Of a DNA stretch of 45,701 nucleotides, positions 34,015-45,356 are shown in pieces. The stretch covers positions 1 to 45,701 of the forward strand of contig NIVC01000354.1 in the NCBI GenBank assembly GCA_002269645.1, given 5' to 3'. The notes under the pieces were generated by a model. That model did not search any database, was not told the origin of the DNA, and saw only the letters and a list, made by a program, of their open reading frames with translations. Numbering within the stretch: the first letter of the stretch is position 1; each line of letters opens with the position of its first letter. This DNA comes from Macrostomum lignano (lineage: Eukaryota). Position numbers and translations under genes: made by a program.

Positions 34015-36327
34015 TCATTGTCTTCAGCAGGACGTTCGACGAGCACTTGGAGACGCTGGCGGAAGTTTTTAAGCGGTTGGGAGACGCGGGACTCAAGCTG
34101 CACAAGGCCAAGAGCGCGTTCGGTCATCGCCGGGTGCTGTACCTGGGACACCTGATCAGCGAGCAGGGCATCGCACCGGATCCCGGCAAGGTCGAGGCCA
34201 TTCGCAGCATGCCCAGCCCAACGACGACCGACGAGGTGAAGCGGTTTCTCGGAATGCTGGGTTTCTACCGCCGGTTCATCCCAGGCTTCAGCCAGACGGC
34301 GAGGGTCTTGCACGACGTCAGCGTGAAATCGAGGGACTTCGCGTGGAGCAGCGACTGCGAGCGAGCGTTCCGCGAGTTGAAGGACCGGCTGACGACGGCT
34401 CCGGTGCTGAGGCTGTCGGATTTCACCAAGCAGTTCGTGCTCAGCTGCGACAGCAGTCAGTTCGCCGTCGGCGCGGTGCTCAGCCAGCTGCACGCTGACG
34501 CCGAGCTGCCTGTGGCGTTCGCCTCGCGCACCCTCAACAAGGCCGAGCGCAACTACTCGGCGACCGACCGCGAGCTGCTGGTGCTGGTCTGGAGTCTGAA
34601 GTACTTTAGGACGTACCTGCTGAGTGTCCCGAGCTTCAGAGTCTACTCGGACCACCGGCCACTGCAAGGTCTGCTCGCAACAAAGGACCCCGAATGTCGG
34701 ATGGCGCGATGGCTTTCGACGCTGCAGCAGTTTTCGTTCAAGCTGCTGTACCGGCCTGGCAGGGACAACGTCGTGCCGGATGCACTGAGCCGGGTGGCCG
34801 GCACGCGCCTGCAGCCTCGGTGGGACGACAGCCGCCAGCACGAGGAGCAACTGCAAGACCCGCTGCTGAGCAAGGCGTTCCAGGCGCTGACCGAAGGGAT
34901 TGACAGCCTGTCCGATTCGTGGGCAGCGCAGGTTTGCGAACTGCTGGACGAGGCCTCGGTGAGCTCGGCGGGTGTCCTGCTGGTGGGTGGCCGGCTAGTC
35001 ATTTCCGGTCACCTGCGGCCACATTTCCTGCAGCAGGCGCACTCGTGCGACCAGAGCGGACACCTCGGCGTCGACAGGACCGGAGTGAGATTGTCTGAGC
35101 GCTGCTGGTGGCCTGGTCTGCGACGGGACGTCGAGAACTGGGTGGCCAGCTGCGCGGTCTGCCTGGCCAAGAAGAGTCCAACCAAGCCGCAGAAGGCGCC
35201 GCTACAGTCGACGTGCCAGCCGATGGGCCCCGTGGCAGTTGGTGCAGATCGACATCAAACGGCCGCTTCCGCGTACGACTGATAGCAAGGCGTACATCCT
35301 GAGCATGTGCGACGCCTTTTCCAAGTTGATGGAGACGGCAGCCCTGGCGGTGATCGACGCGTTGACGGTGGCGGATGCGCTGCTCAAATCAGTGGTTCTG
35401 CGTCACGGCGCTCCTCAGGTGCTGCACAGTGACCAGGGACGGCAATTCGAGAGCGAGGTGTTCGGCCGGCTCTGCGAGCAGCTGGGCGTCGAGAAGACGC
35501 GCACGTCGCCGTTTCATCCGAGCGGCAACGGAATCGTCGAGCGAGGCAACCGGACGCTCGGCGACATGCTGGCGACGACGGTGGCCGAGAACCATCAGGA
35601 CTGGGACAGCAAGCTGCCGTATGTGACCTGGGCCTACAACACCTCCGTGCACAGCACCACCGGCCTCAGTCCGTACCAGGTCCTCCACGGCTGGCCACCG
35701 AAGCTGGATCTCGACAGCTGGCTGATAAGCGGCGACCGGCTGGCAGCCGACGGTGGACATCACGGCTTCCTGCGGCGAACTCAGGAGAACCTGCAGAGCG
35801 CTTTCGACACGGTGCACGGCCGACTGCGGAGCGCCCAGGTCGAGCGCAACCGGCTGACCAACCAGGACTCACGGTTCGTACCGTTCGAAGAGGGCCAGCT
35901 CGTGATGCTTCGCAACTACGTCGTCAAGCGCGGTCAGACGCGGTGCCTGAGCGCCAAGTGGAAGGGGCCGTACCGAGTTCTGAGGCGCCTGGGCGAGGTC
36001 AATTACCGCATCCAGGACGAGACCGGCCGCAGGCGCCGGTCACTGTTTTGCGGCGGTCAGCGAGAGAGTGGCGGCCACCTGACTTGTACATGGCGGGCTT
36101 TGCTTGACTCGGGAAATCGGGTCTTTTGCTTCTAGGTGGCTTGTTGGTGCGCGTGCACTTTGATGTGCGCGTCTGGCTTGTTTGGGGGTTGGGGTTTAGC
36201 GCTGCAGCGTGTGCGTGCTTAGAGTGGTTACACCCACCCCAACTTTGGCAATAAATAAATTGGCGTGAGCCAGTGAGGTCTCCTCAAGTTTTGTTTCACT
36301 GCAACTCAACCCACGGTCTTAATTACA
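34015..36327 (+). mobile_element. Ty3/gypsy LTR retrotransposon fragment: RT C-terminus, RNase H, integrase and a probable partial 3' LTR; 5'-truncated; antisense inside the Kir intron
   Basis: IVFSRTFDEHL...YLGHLISEQGI (RT), FVLSCDSSQFAVGAVLSQ...NYSATDRELL (RNase H), H-x6-H...C-x2-C zinc finger, D-D-E (QIDIK, HSDQGRQF, GIVERGNR), KWKGPY (GPY/F). RT-RH-IN order is diagnostic of Ty3/gypsy. +1 frameshift at ~35226-35230. The distal segment has AATAAA (36250) and ends TTACA at 36327. Confidence 0.93.
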
Positions 36328-37850
36328 ATAATATACCTACAATAATGGCTTAAGAGTGCCTGCATGCAGCTTCTTTACAGATTTACTTATTCAAAAAAAA
36401 CAAAATTCACTTGTGAGTATTTATAACTTTGTCTTGGACTCATTAGATATTCATTAGACAATATGAAAATGAATTACTTGCTTCTTGATCAGCTTGTCAA
36501 AACTATGCAACACCCCAGTGCGTTCCCAGCCCAGTTCTTAGGGGTCGTTTTCACAAGCTTGAAACTTCATATCATCGAAATGTCTTGGTAAAGTTTACTT
36601 TGTCTAGCTAGAGCGAAACTTCACAAGCTCGAAATTTCACATATTGTCAAAAACTCTTGCCAAACTTTTGAAATTTCTTTAGCTTATGAAGTTTCGACGA
36701 TGTGAAATTTCGAGGTTTATGAAAGTGATCCAGTGCGCGCTTTGGGAGGCGTCCCATATTCAATTTTTAATTATCAATGAACTCCATTTAAATCAAAGCT
36801 TCCTCGCTCGTCTCCACCAATCAGACTCTGCGCAAAAGAGGCAAAAGGAGCAAGTGAAGAGCAAATTTACTGTTAACAGCAGAAGACAGAAGCATTTGCC
36901 TATCCTACACTATCCCTTTCAGATTTCAAAGCGAAGTCTCGAGAAAACAGGATCGAATGCAGGAATTTGGTAAGCATTAGCAGTTCGATTCGAGCAGCAA
37001 TCGTGAAGAGAAGAAGATCAACTCTAGGGCGGGGTTCAGGCTGTTGTCATGGCGGCACAGAGGCCGCCGCCCCCCACAGATCGATGAGTTCTCAATCAAT
37101 ACCCATTCGAAACTCGAAAAACTGCCACCAAAGAAAACGGTTGCTATTTACTTCCCGGGCGACTTAAACAGCAACAAAAAACTGGTTTTTAGGCAGAGAG
37201 AAGAATGACAAGGGAAACAAAAGTAATCGAAACAAACAGTGTATAGGCGAGAGTAACAGCTCAGTGTTCAAAGCGTCCGACTCTCGGTCCAAAGATTTAG
37301 CGCGAGCCAAATCAAATTTCGGGCTCGTGCACGGAAATTAACCTGGGTCCTGTTGAGATATTTATGCTCACTAGGATCAAACCTAAGCCATACAGAGTTT
37401 TTACCCGCCTGTTTACATACATGAGAAAGTCAGGGTGGATGTACAAACTCTGTGAGCGTGTGAATGCGTACGCACCTGTATCCGTGTGCGGGCGCAAGCT
37501 CAGGGGTCAGTGGAATGACTTTAACATAACATGCTTGCCTCCTCACTGACTGTGGGTCGGTTTTCGGCAGGTGTCGATAAAGCCCCTGGCTGGTTACCAA
37601 CTATGGACAGCTGAAGTAGTCGTAGAAAGACACTGCACTTGAATTTCTTAGAAATGAGCTGGAGGCACGTAAAGGAACGTGTACTTTTCGTATCGCCAGT
37701 GCATTTAGTACTGGTTGGCAGGGGTCAGCAAACTCCGATCTGCGAAGCCTCTCTATCCGGCCCTCTGGTCCTCTGAAACTTCACAATAGCAATCCGGCCC
37801 GCTCAAGGCTAGTGTCTTCTTAGAAGATCTCTTCTTTCTAATTTCCTCTA

Positions 37851-38300
37851 TCCTCCTCTCTCCTCTATCCTCCTCTCTCCTCTCTCCTCCTCTCTCCTCT
37901 ATCCTCTTCTCTCCTCTCTCCTCCTCTCTCCTCTCTCCTCCTCTCTCCTCTATCCTCCTCTCTCCTCTCTCCTCCTCTCTCCTCTATCCTCCTCTCTCCT
38001 CTCTCCTCCTCTCTCCTCTATCCTCCTCTCTCCTCTATCCTCCTCTCTCATCTCTCCTCCTCTCTCCTCTATCCTCCTCTCTCCTCTCTCCTCCTCTCTC
38101 CTCTATCCTCCTCTCTCCTCTATCCTCCTCTCTCCTCTATCCTCCTCTCTCCTCTCTCCTCCTCTCTCCTCTATCCTCCTCTCTCCTCTATCCTCCTCTC
38201 TCCTCTATCCTCCTCTCTCCTCTATCCTCCTCTCTCATCTATCCTCTCTCCACTCTCGTCTCTCGATCGTCTCTCGTCTCTCCACTCTTCTCTCTCCTCT
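37851..38300. repeat. Polypyrimidine low-complexity array (CTCCTCTCTCCTCTAT-like), ~450 bp, in the Kir intron
   Basis: Almost pure C/T with periodic TAT variants; reads GA-rich on the Kir pre-mRNA about 110 nt after the donor. Confidence 0.92.
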
Positions 38301-38407
38301 CTATTCTGTCTCCTCTGATGCGCAGTCATGCGCTACTCGAAGTATAATGATTTAAATAGAAAAATATGAACCCGCTTTTGTTACTCATCAAAATTGCATG
38401 AACTCAC

Positions 38408-38584
38408 CGCCTCGTGCTCTTAGCTTTGGTTTCGCGCCAAATCCGACCGGGCTGCTGCGATTGATCGCCTCCTCCGTGATTCACCTTCGCGGCCGCGCTG
38501 GCAGCGGCGGCTTTAGGCGGACCAGCGGCTGCCAGTTCGGCCTGACCGTCCTCCTTCGGCAGGTTCACCACCGGCGGGCCGTCG
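38408..38584 (-). CDS. Kir channel, N-terminal exon (177 nt, phase 2-2)
   Basis: Acceptor ttttcttgtcaacag|C; donor CG|gtgagt. Encodes DGPPVVNLPKEDG...IWRETKAKSTR and joins in frame to (R)YKRLVFKNG. GC-rich island in AT-rich surroundings. Confidence 0.8.
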
Positions 38585-39325
38585 CTGTTGACAAGAAAAT
38601 GCGAGTGTTACTAAAAATAGACTGATTAGCTTTGCCACTTCATTTATGCTGCCTTTGCCCAAACCAATCACTCGCTGAAAGGGACGACAATCAGTAAATT
38701 AATCGCACCATTCAGGCTCAGGCAGTCAGTCTGCAAATGCTGTAACAGTCGGAAACCAATCAGGCAAATTGATTTCCACTCCCGCTGAGGGGATAGGTAA
38801 GATGCAGCTGCTCGGTAAGCTAACATGCTGCATAGCTAGGATCACAGCCGATTCAGAATCTTGAATGAAGTACACTGTAAACGCTGGTTTAATATATTTA
38901 ATAACAAATATTTACAATTCATAACCATACAAGAATAAAATAAGGTGTCATATAACTTACTTTATTGTACGTGCTAATTTTGTTTCAGGTGGATATTGGG
39001 TAAAGCAAAAAGTGTTTATCTCATGAAAATACACTTTGCGCGGCATATGAAAATTTTAATGGATTTAATTAGTTCTTGCTAAAGTCCTAATATTGTGCAG
39101 ATGACAAATAGTACGAGATTAGAAAATTAACAGATATTAGCTCATAATTTTAATTCTATTTATTTTAATTTTAGAGTTTATAAGATTAAAATAATACATG
39201 TATATATGTCCTTATTTATTAATGCAAAAAATAATTTACAAAAGTGAAAGCTGCTAATGACACTTAATACATAATGAATATTCAAGTAAAATTTTATAAT
39301 AGGAAATAAGAAAACATTTCCTTAC

Positions 39326-39333
39326 CAGGGCAT
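39326..39333 (-). CDS. Kir channel, candidate start exon (ATG CCC TG|gtaagg)
   Basis: Strong phase-2 donor compatible with the next exon (gives MPC-DGPP...); in-frame TAA upstream. Total CDS 8+177+1162 = 1347 nt (448 aa). Confidence 0.5.
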
Positions 39334-41357
39334 ATCAAATCCAGATTTTTAAACAAGCAGCATTGCGAATATGGGCACAGGAATTTCAGCAGACAAAAAT
39401 GATTTTCTCGGATACTAGAATATTATCTCCTTCATTTTTCGTGTATATAAAATCAAGCTGACGTATTAACTGCGATCATTGGCACTGTCTGTATTAATTA
39501 AGTCGAATCGCAATATTTCTAAAATTCGACCATATTAAATCATAAATCGCTAATTGCAATTAGCGCTTTATCACAATATAACAAATGAAAAGAAGGCTCT
39601 TATCTATGCATACGATACAATTATTTTTTTGTATAAGAAGAAGTTAGTTTTTTTTCTTTAAATACTGTTGATTCTTTGCAGCTTTAAAACTATTTTAAGA
39701 AAATAACGAAATTTTCTTTCAAGTATAATTAGGTAAATAACTGAGAAGCATCACGCACTTCAATAATTTATTTTCAATTTAATTCATACTAAAATCAAAT
39801 ACTTTAGAGTAGCATTAACTAAGTTTTAGCATTTTTCTAATCCTAAATCACTGTCAGTTACTGTAGTAAAGGTTAGCTTATAACGAATTGTGTTAAAAAA
39901 CAGATTACGGTGCCATAATAATGTGCAAAGTTTTAAATGGTGGGGCTTTTAAAAGTAATTAAAGACATGGAATAACGAGTTCGTGCAACTTGTTGGTTAT
40001 ACGCAAAAATACTGGGCTGATTTAATTAGCATTGGATAGTTTTGACGCTCCGCGTAAGCAGGACGCCACAAAAAAGTAAGCCAATTCGATAATATCGCAG
40101 AGCTGCTGTATAGAATAGAATATAGGATAAAAATCTTTCATCAGTAGCTAAATAAATGTTATGTTTCAATGCTGAGAGCGAAAAGTGGAATTTACTTAAC
40201 TTGAGAATAAAGACAATAAATGATTTTTCGGATAAATACGCGCTCGTGCGCGTGTAGCAACTGCATCACAAAAATACTTATTTAATGACTATATTATTCA
40301 ATATTGCATGTAATCAGTGTTCAATAACAAATGATCAGCTTATTTTGGTAGACGAGTCCATGAGAATTAGTGTAGAGAGGTAACAACAAAGAATAAAAAT
40401 TGTCCGTTTTTGTTTGTTTCAGAAAACGATGATGATATTATCAATTATCATGACATTAACCGCGTATCGATAAGCTAGCTCTTCAACAGAGGCAGTCTCT
40501 ACTATAAGAAAGGGTAGAACTAGAAGCCTATTGGCTAAGTTATACTACTGCGGGTCTTCCAGGTAAAAATATTTAAGTTCAAGCATTCGTTTTTTTATAT
40601 ACTAGCATAAAAAATGCTGTACTATCAGAATATAGACACATTATTTAAAAAAGCAGGCCACATTGTACAAAGTTTGTGCAATAAACACTTTACATGTTAT
40701 AAACCGGTTACAGTACATGCAAAGGGTGGTATTAATATGCTAGAATCTGAACTATTGCGCTATTATTTTTTAGGCATTGCTAGAAGCTAAACAGGTAAGA
40801 AAACTACTGTACTTTATATATGAAATTTAGTAAAAAATACCAATCATAATGAGATAATGTGGCAGTTAAAGTTGTAAGAAAACTACTAACAGTAGCTAAC
40901 ATTATATCCCCAACTTTTTAACAGTCTATATTAGAATAAGTTACATTACGCCCTGACCCTGACACACTAGCTGTTTCCTTATACGGTATGGTTTGGAAAA
41001 GCCTGCATGCTACTAAACAGTACGAAGCCACGCTTTTTACACCTGGGTTGTTAAAATTCTGAAAGGGGACTATTCCGAAAACGAAATCTTTTTAACTTTC
41101 AATTTCAGATCGCAGCGATAGATTCTTTTATGAAAGTCCAGTCTAGATACATGTAGATAAAGTTAGCTGTCATTTCTGTCATTTGATGAATGGTAAATCT
41201 GTTAACTTTCCCCCATACTTGATCGCACATTTATATACTTGAACTGTTCAACGTACAGTTGAGTCTGCAAACTAGTTAAATAAGCCAATCCTACAGTCAA
41301 CCGCTCAGAAGGCAGTTCACAATGAGATCCATCAGAAGACGATGAATCAGCGCAGCA

Positions 41358-41492
41358 TCACACGGCCGTGGGCTCCTGCTGCTGATTGTCCTCAACTCCA
41401 TCCGCCTTGCCGGCGCCGCTGCCCAGCAGCTCCAGCGGCAGCACCTCGACATGCGGCGGCAGCTCTTCCGGCTGGCTGATCTTCATGAAGCG
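41358..41492 (-). CDS. SLC6 transporter, terminal exon
   Basis: Acceptor aatttctgcag|CGC, phase 0. RFMKISQPEELPP... continues ...PGTLKE as in SLC6 C-tails (G-x-L-x-E-R-x5-P). TGA at 41358-41360. Confidence 0.85.
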   Translation of the reverse strand, partial: RFMKISQPEELPPHVEVLPLELLGSGAGKADGVEDNQQQEPTAV

Positions 41493-41938
41493 CTGCAGAA
41501 ATTTGACACAGAAAAAGCATTGGGACAAATCAAAGCTAACTGGTAGAATTATTTCTGTGACGCATAAAACTAAAGGGGGGGTCGAATCTTGTGCAGTCAG
41601 ACAGAGACCGGTTTCTGGCTTGTTTGCCTTCGTCAGTTGACCACAGCCGCACGCTGTACTCTCCCAACCCACTCTCAGTGTGTGCAAATCGTTTCTTTTA
41701 TGGCGATATTTTTTCGGGCTATGTGAAAGATTTTACGATTCAAATCTTTATTCCTCTACTTTCCTCAGTAGCCTAAATTGAACATCTCAGTATTTCAAAC
41801 TCTCCGATTGCAACAACAACCCCATCCGAAATTCCAAATCAGTAGTCTAAACCGATCCCAATCCCGATCCTGGATCTTGATCCCAGCTCCTTGTCCAGAA
41901 TCCCAAACTTGAATAATTATGTTCGGAATCCTTGGTCA

Positions 41939-42082
41939 GAATCCCAATCCCATCTCAGACTCTTGTCTCGAATCCCGATCCCATCTCAGACTCTTGTCTC
42001 GAATCCCGATCCCATCTCAGACTCCTGGCTCGAATCCCCATCTTGTCTCAGACTCTTGTATCGAATCCCGATCCCATCTCAA
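41939..42082. repeat. 31-bp minisatellite (AATCCCGATCCCATCTCAGACTCTTGTCTCG) x ~4.5, in an SLC6 intron
   Basis: Direct tandem copies without spacers. Confidence 0.88.
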
Positions 42083-42208
42083 AACCAGACTCTCAGATCC
42101 CTATCCTACTCCCAAATCTTGATTCAGTATTAAAGCTAAAAATCCCGGTCATCGATCTGCAATCAATCGAGCATGGTTGTGACAAAGTTCTCCCGCAGTC
42201 CCGCTCAC

Positions 42209-42388
42209 CTCCTTAAGGGTGCCGGGCGTGATGGCTAGCTTGTAGAAAAAGTACACGGGCACCATGACCAGTGAAGACATTGTGATCATCCAGCCGATGC
42301 CGATGGCCCACTTGGGAAACGGAATCGCTTCCCCGAGCACCATGACCGGTCGAGACTCGTAAAAGATCAGATTGGCGATGAAGATGGC
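42209..42388 (-). CDS. SLC6 transporter exon (end of TM11 to TM12)
   Basis: Acceptor ttccgcag|GCC; donor GAG|gtgagc; 180 nt, phase 0-0. [11 protein letters not shown]...[27 protein letters not shown] matches YP-x-W-x3-GW-x4-SS-x3-IP-x-Y. Confidence 0.92.
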
Positions 42389-42430
42389 CTGCGGAATTCC
42401 GGGGCGATGAAGCATTCGCATCGAAAGGAA

Positions 42431-43829
42431 GGAACGGGAAAGGAACAGGGAAAGGAACAGGGAAAGGAACAGGGAAAGGAACAGGGAAAGGAACACGGAA
42501 AGGAACAGGGAAAGGAACAGGGAAAGGAACAGGGAAAGTAACAGGGAAAGTAACAGGGAAAGGAACAGGGAAAGAGACAGGGAAGGAAACAGGGAAAGTA
42601 ACAGGGAAAGTAACAGGGAAAGTAACAGGGAAAGTAACAGGGAAAGGAACAGGGAAAGGAACAGGGAAAGGAACAGGGAAAGGAACAGGGAAAGTAACAG
42701 GGAAAGTAACAGGGAAAGTAACAGGGAAAGGAACAGGGAAAGGAACAGGGAAAGGAACAGGGAAAGGAACAGGGAAAGGAACAGGGAAAGGAACAGGGAA
42801 AGGAACAGGGAAAGTAACAGGGAAAGGAACAGGGAAAGGAACAGGGAAAGAGACAGGGAAGGAAACAGGGAAAGTAACAGGGAAAGTAACAGGGAAAGGA
42901 ACAGGGAAAGTAACAGGGAAAGGAACAGGGAAAGGAACAGGGAAAGGAACAGGGAAAGGAACAGGGAAAGTAACAGGGAAAGTAACAGGGAAAGTAACAG
43001 GGAAAGGAACAGGGAAAGGAACAGGGAAAGGAACAGGGAAAGGAACAGGGAAAGGAACAGGGAAAGGAACAGGGAAAGGAACAGGGAAAGGAACAGGGAA
43101 AGGAACAGGGAAAGTAACAGGGAAAGGAACAGGGAAAGGAACAGGGAAAGAGACAGGGAAGGAAACAGGAAAGTAACAGGGAAAGTAACAGGGAAAGTAA
43201 CAGGGAAAGGAACAGGGAAAGGAACAGGGAAAGGAACAGTGAAAGGAATAGGGAAAGGAACAGGGAAAGGAACAGGGAAAGTAACAGGGAAAGGAACAGG
43301 GAAAGGAACAGGGAAAGGAACAGGGAAAGTAACAGGGAAAGTAACAGGGAAAGGAACAGAGAAAGGAACAGGGAAAGGAACAGGGAAAGGAACAGGGAAA
43401 GTAACAGGGAAAGGAACAGGGAAAGGAACAGGGAAAGGAACAGGGAAAGTAACAGGGAAAGGAACAGAGAAAGGAACAGGGAAAGGAACAGGGAAAGGAA
43501 CAGGGAAAGGAACAGGGAAAGGAACAGGGAAAGTAACAGGGAAAGGAACAGGGAAAGGAACAGGGAAAGGAACAGGGAAAGGAACAGGGAAGTAACAGGG
43601 AAAGGAACAGAGAAAGGAACAGGGAAAGGAACAGGGAAAGGAACAGGGAAAGGAACAGGGAAAGTAACAGGGAAAGGAACAGAGAAAGGAACAGGGAAAG
43701 GAACAGGGAAAGGAACAGGGAAAGGAACAGGGAAAGGAACAGGGAAAGGAACAGGGAAAGGAACAGGGAAAGGAACAGGGAAAGGAACAGGGAAAGGAAC
43801 AGGGAAAGGAACAGGGAAAGGAACAGGGA
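42431..43829. repeat. 12-bp minisatellite (GGAACAGGGAAA / GTAACAGGGAAA)n, about 116 copies, filling an SLC6 intron
   Basis: Direct tandem array; the 4-aa periodicity (FPCS / PVPF / LFLS) in overlapping spurious ORFs confirms the unit. Confidence 0.98.
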
Positions 43830-43882
43830 GAGACAATAAAAAGGAAATGCACAAGAACTGAGAAGCAGGCACCAGTTCTCAC

Positions 43883-43982
43883 CATGAGAAACACGGGACT
43901 GATGAAGGTCCAGCAGATTTGCCAGTAGGGGCCGGGTGCAAACCAAGCATCTTTTTAACATCCGCGCTGAACCGTTTGTGAC
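43883..43982 (-). CDS. SLC6 transporter exon (IL5 to TM11), with a 1-nt deletion at ~43940-43942
   Basis: Acceptor ttcaattcag|GT; donor ATG|gtgaga. Reads (G)HKRFSADVKKMLG[F]APGPYWQICWTFISPVFLM if one T is restored (GGTTT->GGTTTT); 100 nt observed, 101 needed. Confidence 0.9.
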
Positions 43983-44069
43983 CTGAATTGAAAATTTAGC
44001 GAAGTAAAAAATAATTGAGGAAGGAACCGAAGAGGCATAGCCATAGGTACGAATTTCCCAGCAACTGAC

Positions 44070-44169
44070 CGTAAAACCAGCACAGGGCGACGCCTTCAAC
44101 GCAGACGATGAATAACAGAGAGATTGGAGCTCCGTGCTGGTCCAGCAGGTTCAGGACGTAGAAACCGCC
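44070..44169 (-). CDS. SLC6 transporter exon (TM10), monoamine/SERT-like
   Basis: Acceptor atacaaag|GGC; donor G|gtcagt; 100 nt. GGFYVLNLLDQHGAPISLLFIVCVEGVALCWFYG. The HGAPIS-x-LFIV motif resembles lophotrochozoan serotonin transporters as I recall them; not verified by search. Confidence 0.92.
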
Positions 44170-44219
44170 CTTTGTATTGCGGTTCGGACAATCGGGATTG
44201 TTGATTGCAATAATTCGAT

Positions 44220-45011
44220 CTAATCTATTGATACTCATATAATGTAATCTGTCATGTTGTTCAGTCTAATCAATCTCATCATATTCTGAATGTAATCTAA
44301 TCTAATCCATCATGTCTGAGTCTAATCTATCTAATCTGTCATCTGTTGAGTCTATCTAATCCTTCATATTCTGAATGTATCTATCTAATCCATCAATATT
44401 CTGTATCTAATCTAATCTAATCTGTCATGTGTTGAGTCTAATTTAATCCATCATAGTCTGAATCTAATCTAATCGAATCCATCATATTCTGAATCTAATC
44501 TAATCTAATCCATCATATTTTGAATCTAATCTAATCTAACCATCGTATTCTGAATCTAATCTAATCTAATCTGTCATGTGTTGAGTCTAATCTAATCTAA
44601 TCCATCATATTCTGAATCTATCTAATCTAATCCATCTTATTCTGAATCTAATCTAATCTATCCATCATATTCTGAATCTAATCTAATCTAATCCATCATA
44701 TTCTGAATCTAATCTAATCTAATCCATTTTATTCTGAATCTAATCAAATCTAATCCGTCAGTGTTGAGTCTAATCTAATCTAATCCATCGTATTCTGAAT
44801 CTAATCTAATCTAATCCATCTTATTCTGAATGTAATCTAATCTAATCCATCATATTCTGAATCTAATCTAATCTAATCTAATCTGTCATGTGTTGAGTCT
44901 AATCTTATCTAATCCATCGTATTCTGAATCTAATCTAATCTAATCCATCTTATTCTGAATGTACTCGTAATCTAATCTAATCCATCATATTCTGAATCTA
45001 ATCTAATCTAA
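44220..45011. repeat. AATCT-based composite satellite ((AATCT)2-4 + CCATCATATTCTG), ~790 bp, in an SLC6 intron
   Basis: Direct tandem array, more degenerate at the left end. Confidence 0.93.
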
Positions 45012-45106
45012 CGCATCTCGTGGCCGAGATTATCGAACGAACAATGGCTGCGAAACAACCTGCACAAAAGGTGTAAAGCTAATCCTACACTAATCCCAGT
45101 ACAAAC

Positions 45107-45231
45107 ATAGGTGGTGGTGGCCAGGCGCCAATGAAGCAGTAGACAATCAGGCGAGAACGAACAGCTCGCGTCTGCGCTGCAGCTTGGGAATTCGTCCAGA
45201 ATGCCCGTGATGATGGCCTCAGACCGCCGTA
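45107..45231 (-). CDS. SLC6 transporter exon (end of TM8 to TM9), with four apparent 1-nt deletions
   Basis: Acceptor ctccaccgcag|TAC; donor TAT|gtttgt. Restoring 4 bases (125 to 129 nt) gives YGGLEAIITGILDEFPKLQRRRELFVL(A/G)LIVYCFIGALATTTY, the classic FGGLEAIIT...DE-x-P...RE-x-FV monoamine-transporter motif. Confidence 0.88.
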
Positions 45232-45356
45232 CTGCGGTGGAGAAACATTGGGGATTTGTGTAAGTTTTTGTTTGAATCATGGGAGAATTTGTCCCTGGTT
45301 AAAAGCTTGTTCCTTTGTGTTAATCTTTTGGCTTGTTGTTTCGAAGTAGGTTTCTT

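Noticed and set aside
40465-40472. TATCGATA, a perfect DREF-binding DRE about 1.1 kb upstream of the Kir start
   Set aside because: One AT-rich 8-mer palindrome in 45 kb is expected by chance, and the specificity of this BED finger is unknown.
42149-44099. 500-630 aa ORFs (FPCS/PVPF/LFLS repeats) and the plus-strand GKGT ORF
   Set aside because: Artefacts of the 12-bp intronic array; the real coding parts are the short SLC6 exons at each end.
44220-45011. (TTAGA)n/(CTAAT)n as telomeric repeats or branch-point arrays
   Set aside because: Not TTAGGG; CTAAT lies on the strand opposite to the SLC6 pre-mRNA; it is an ordinary intronic satellite.
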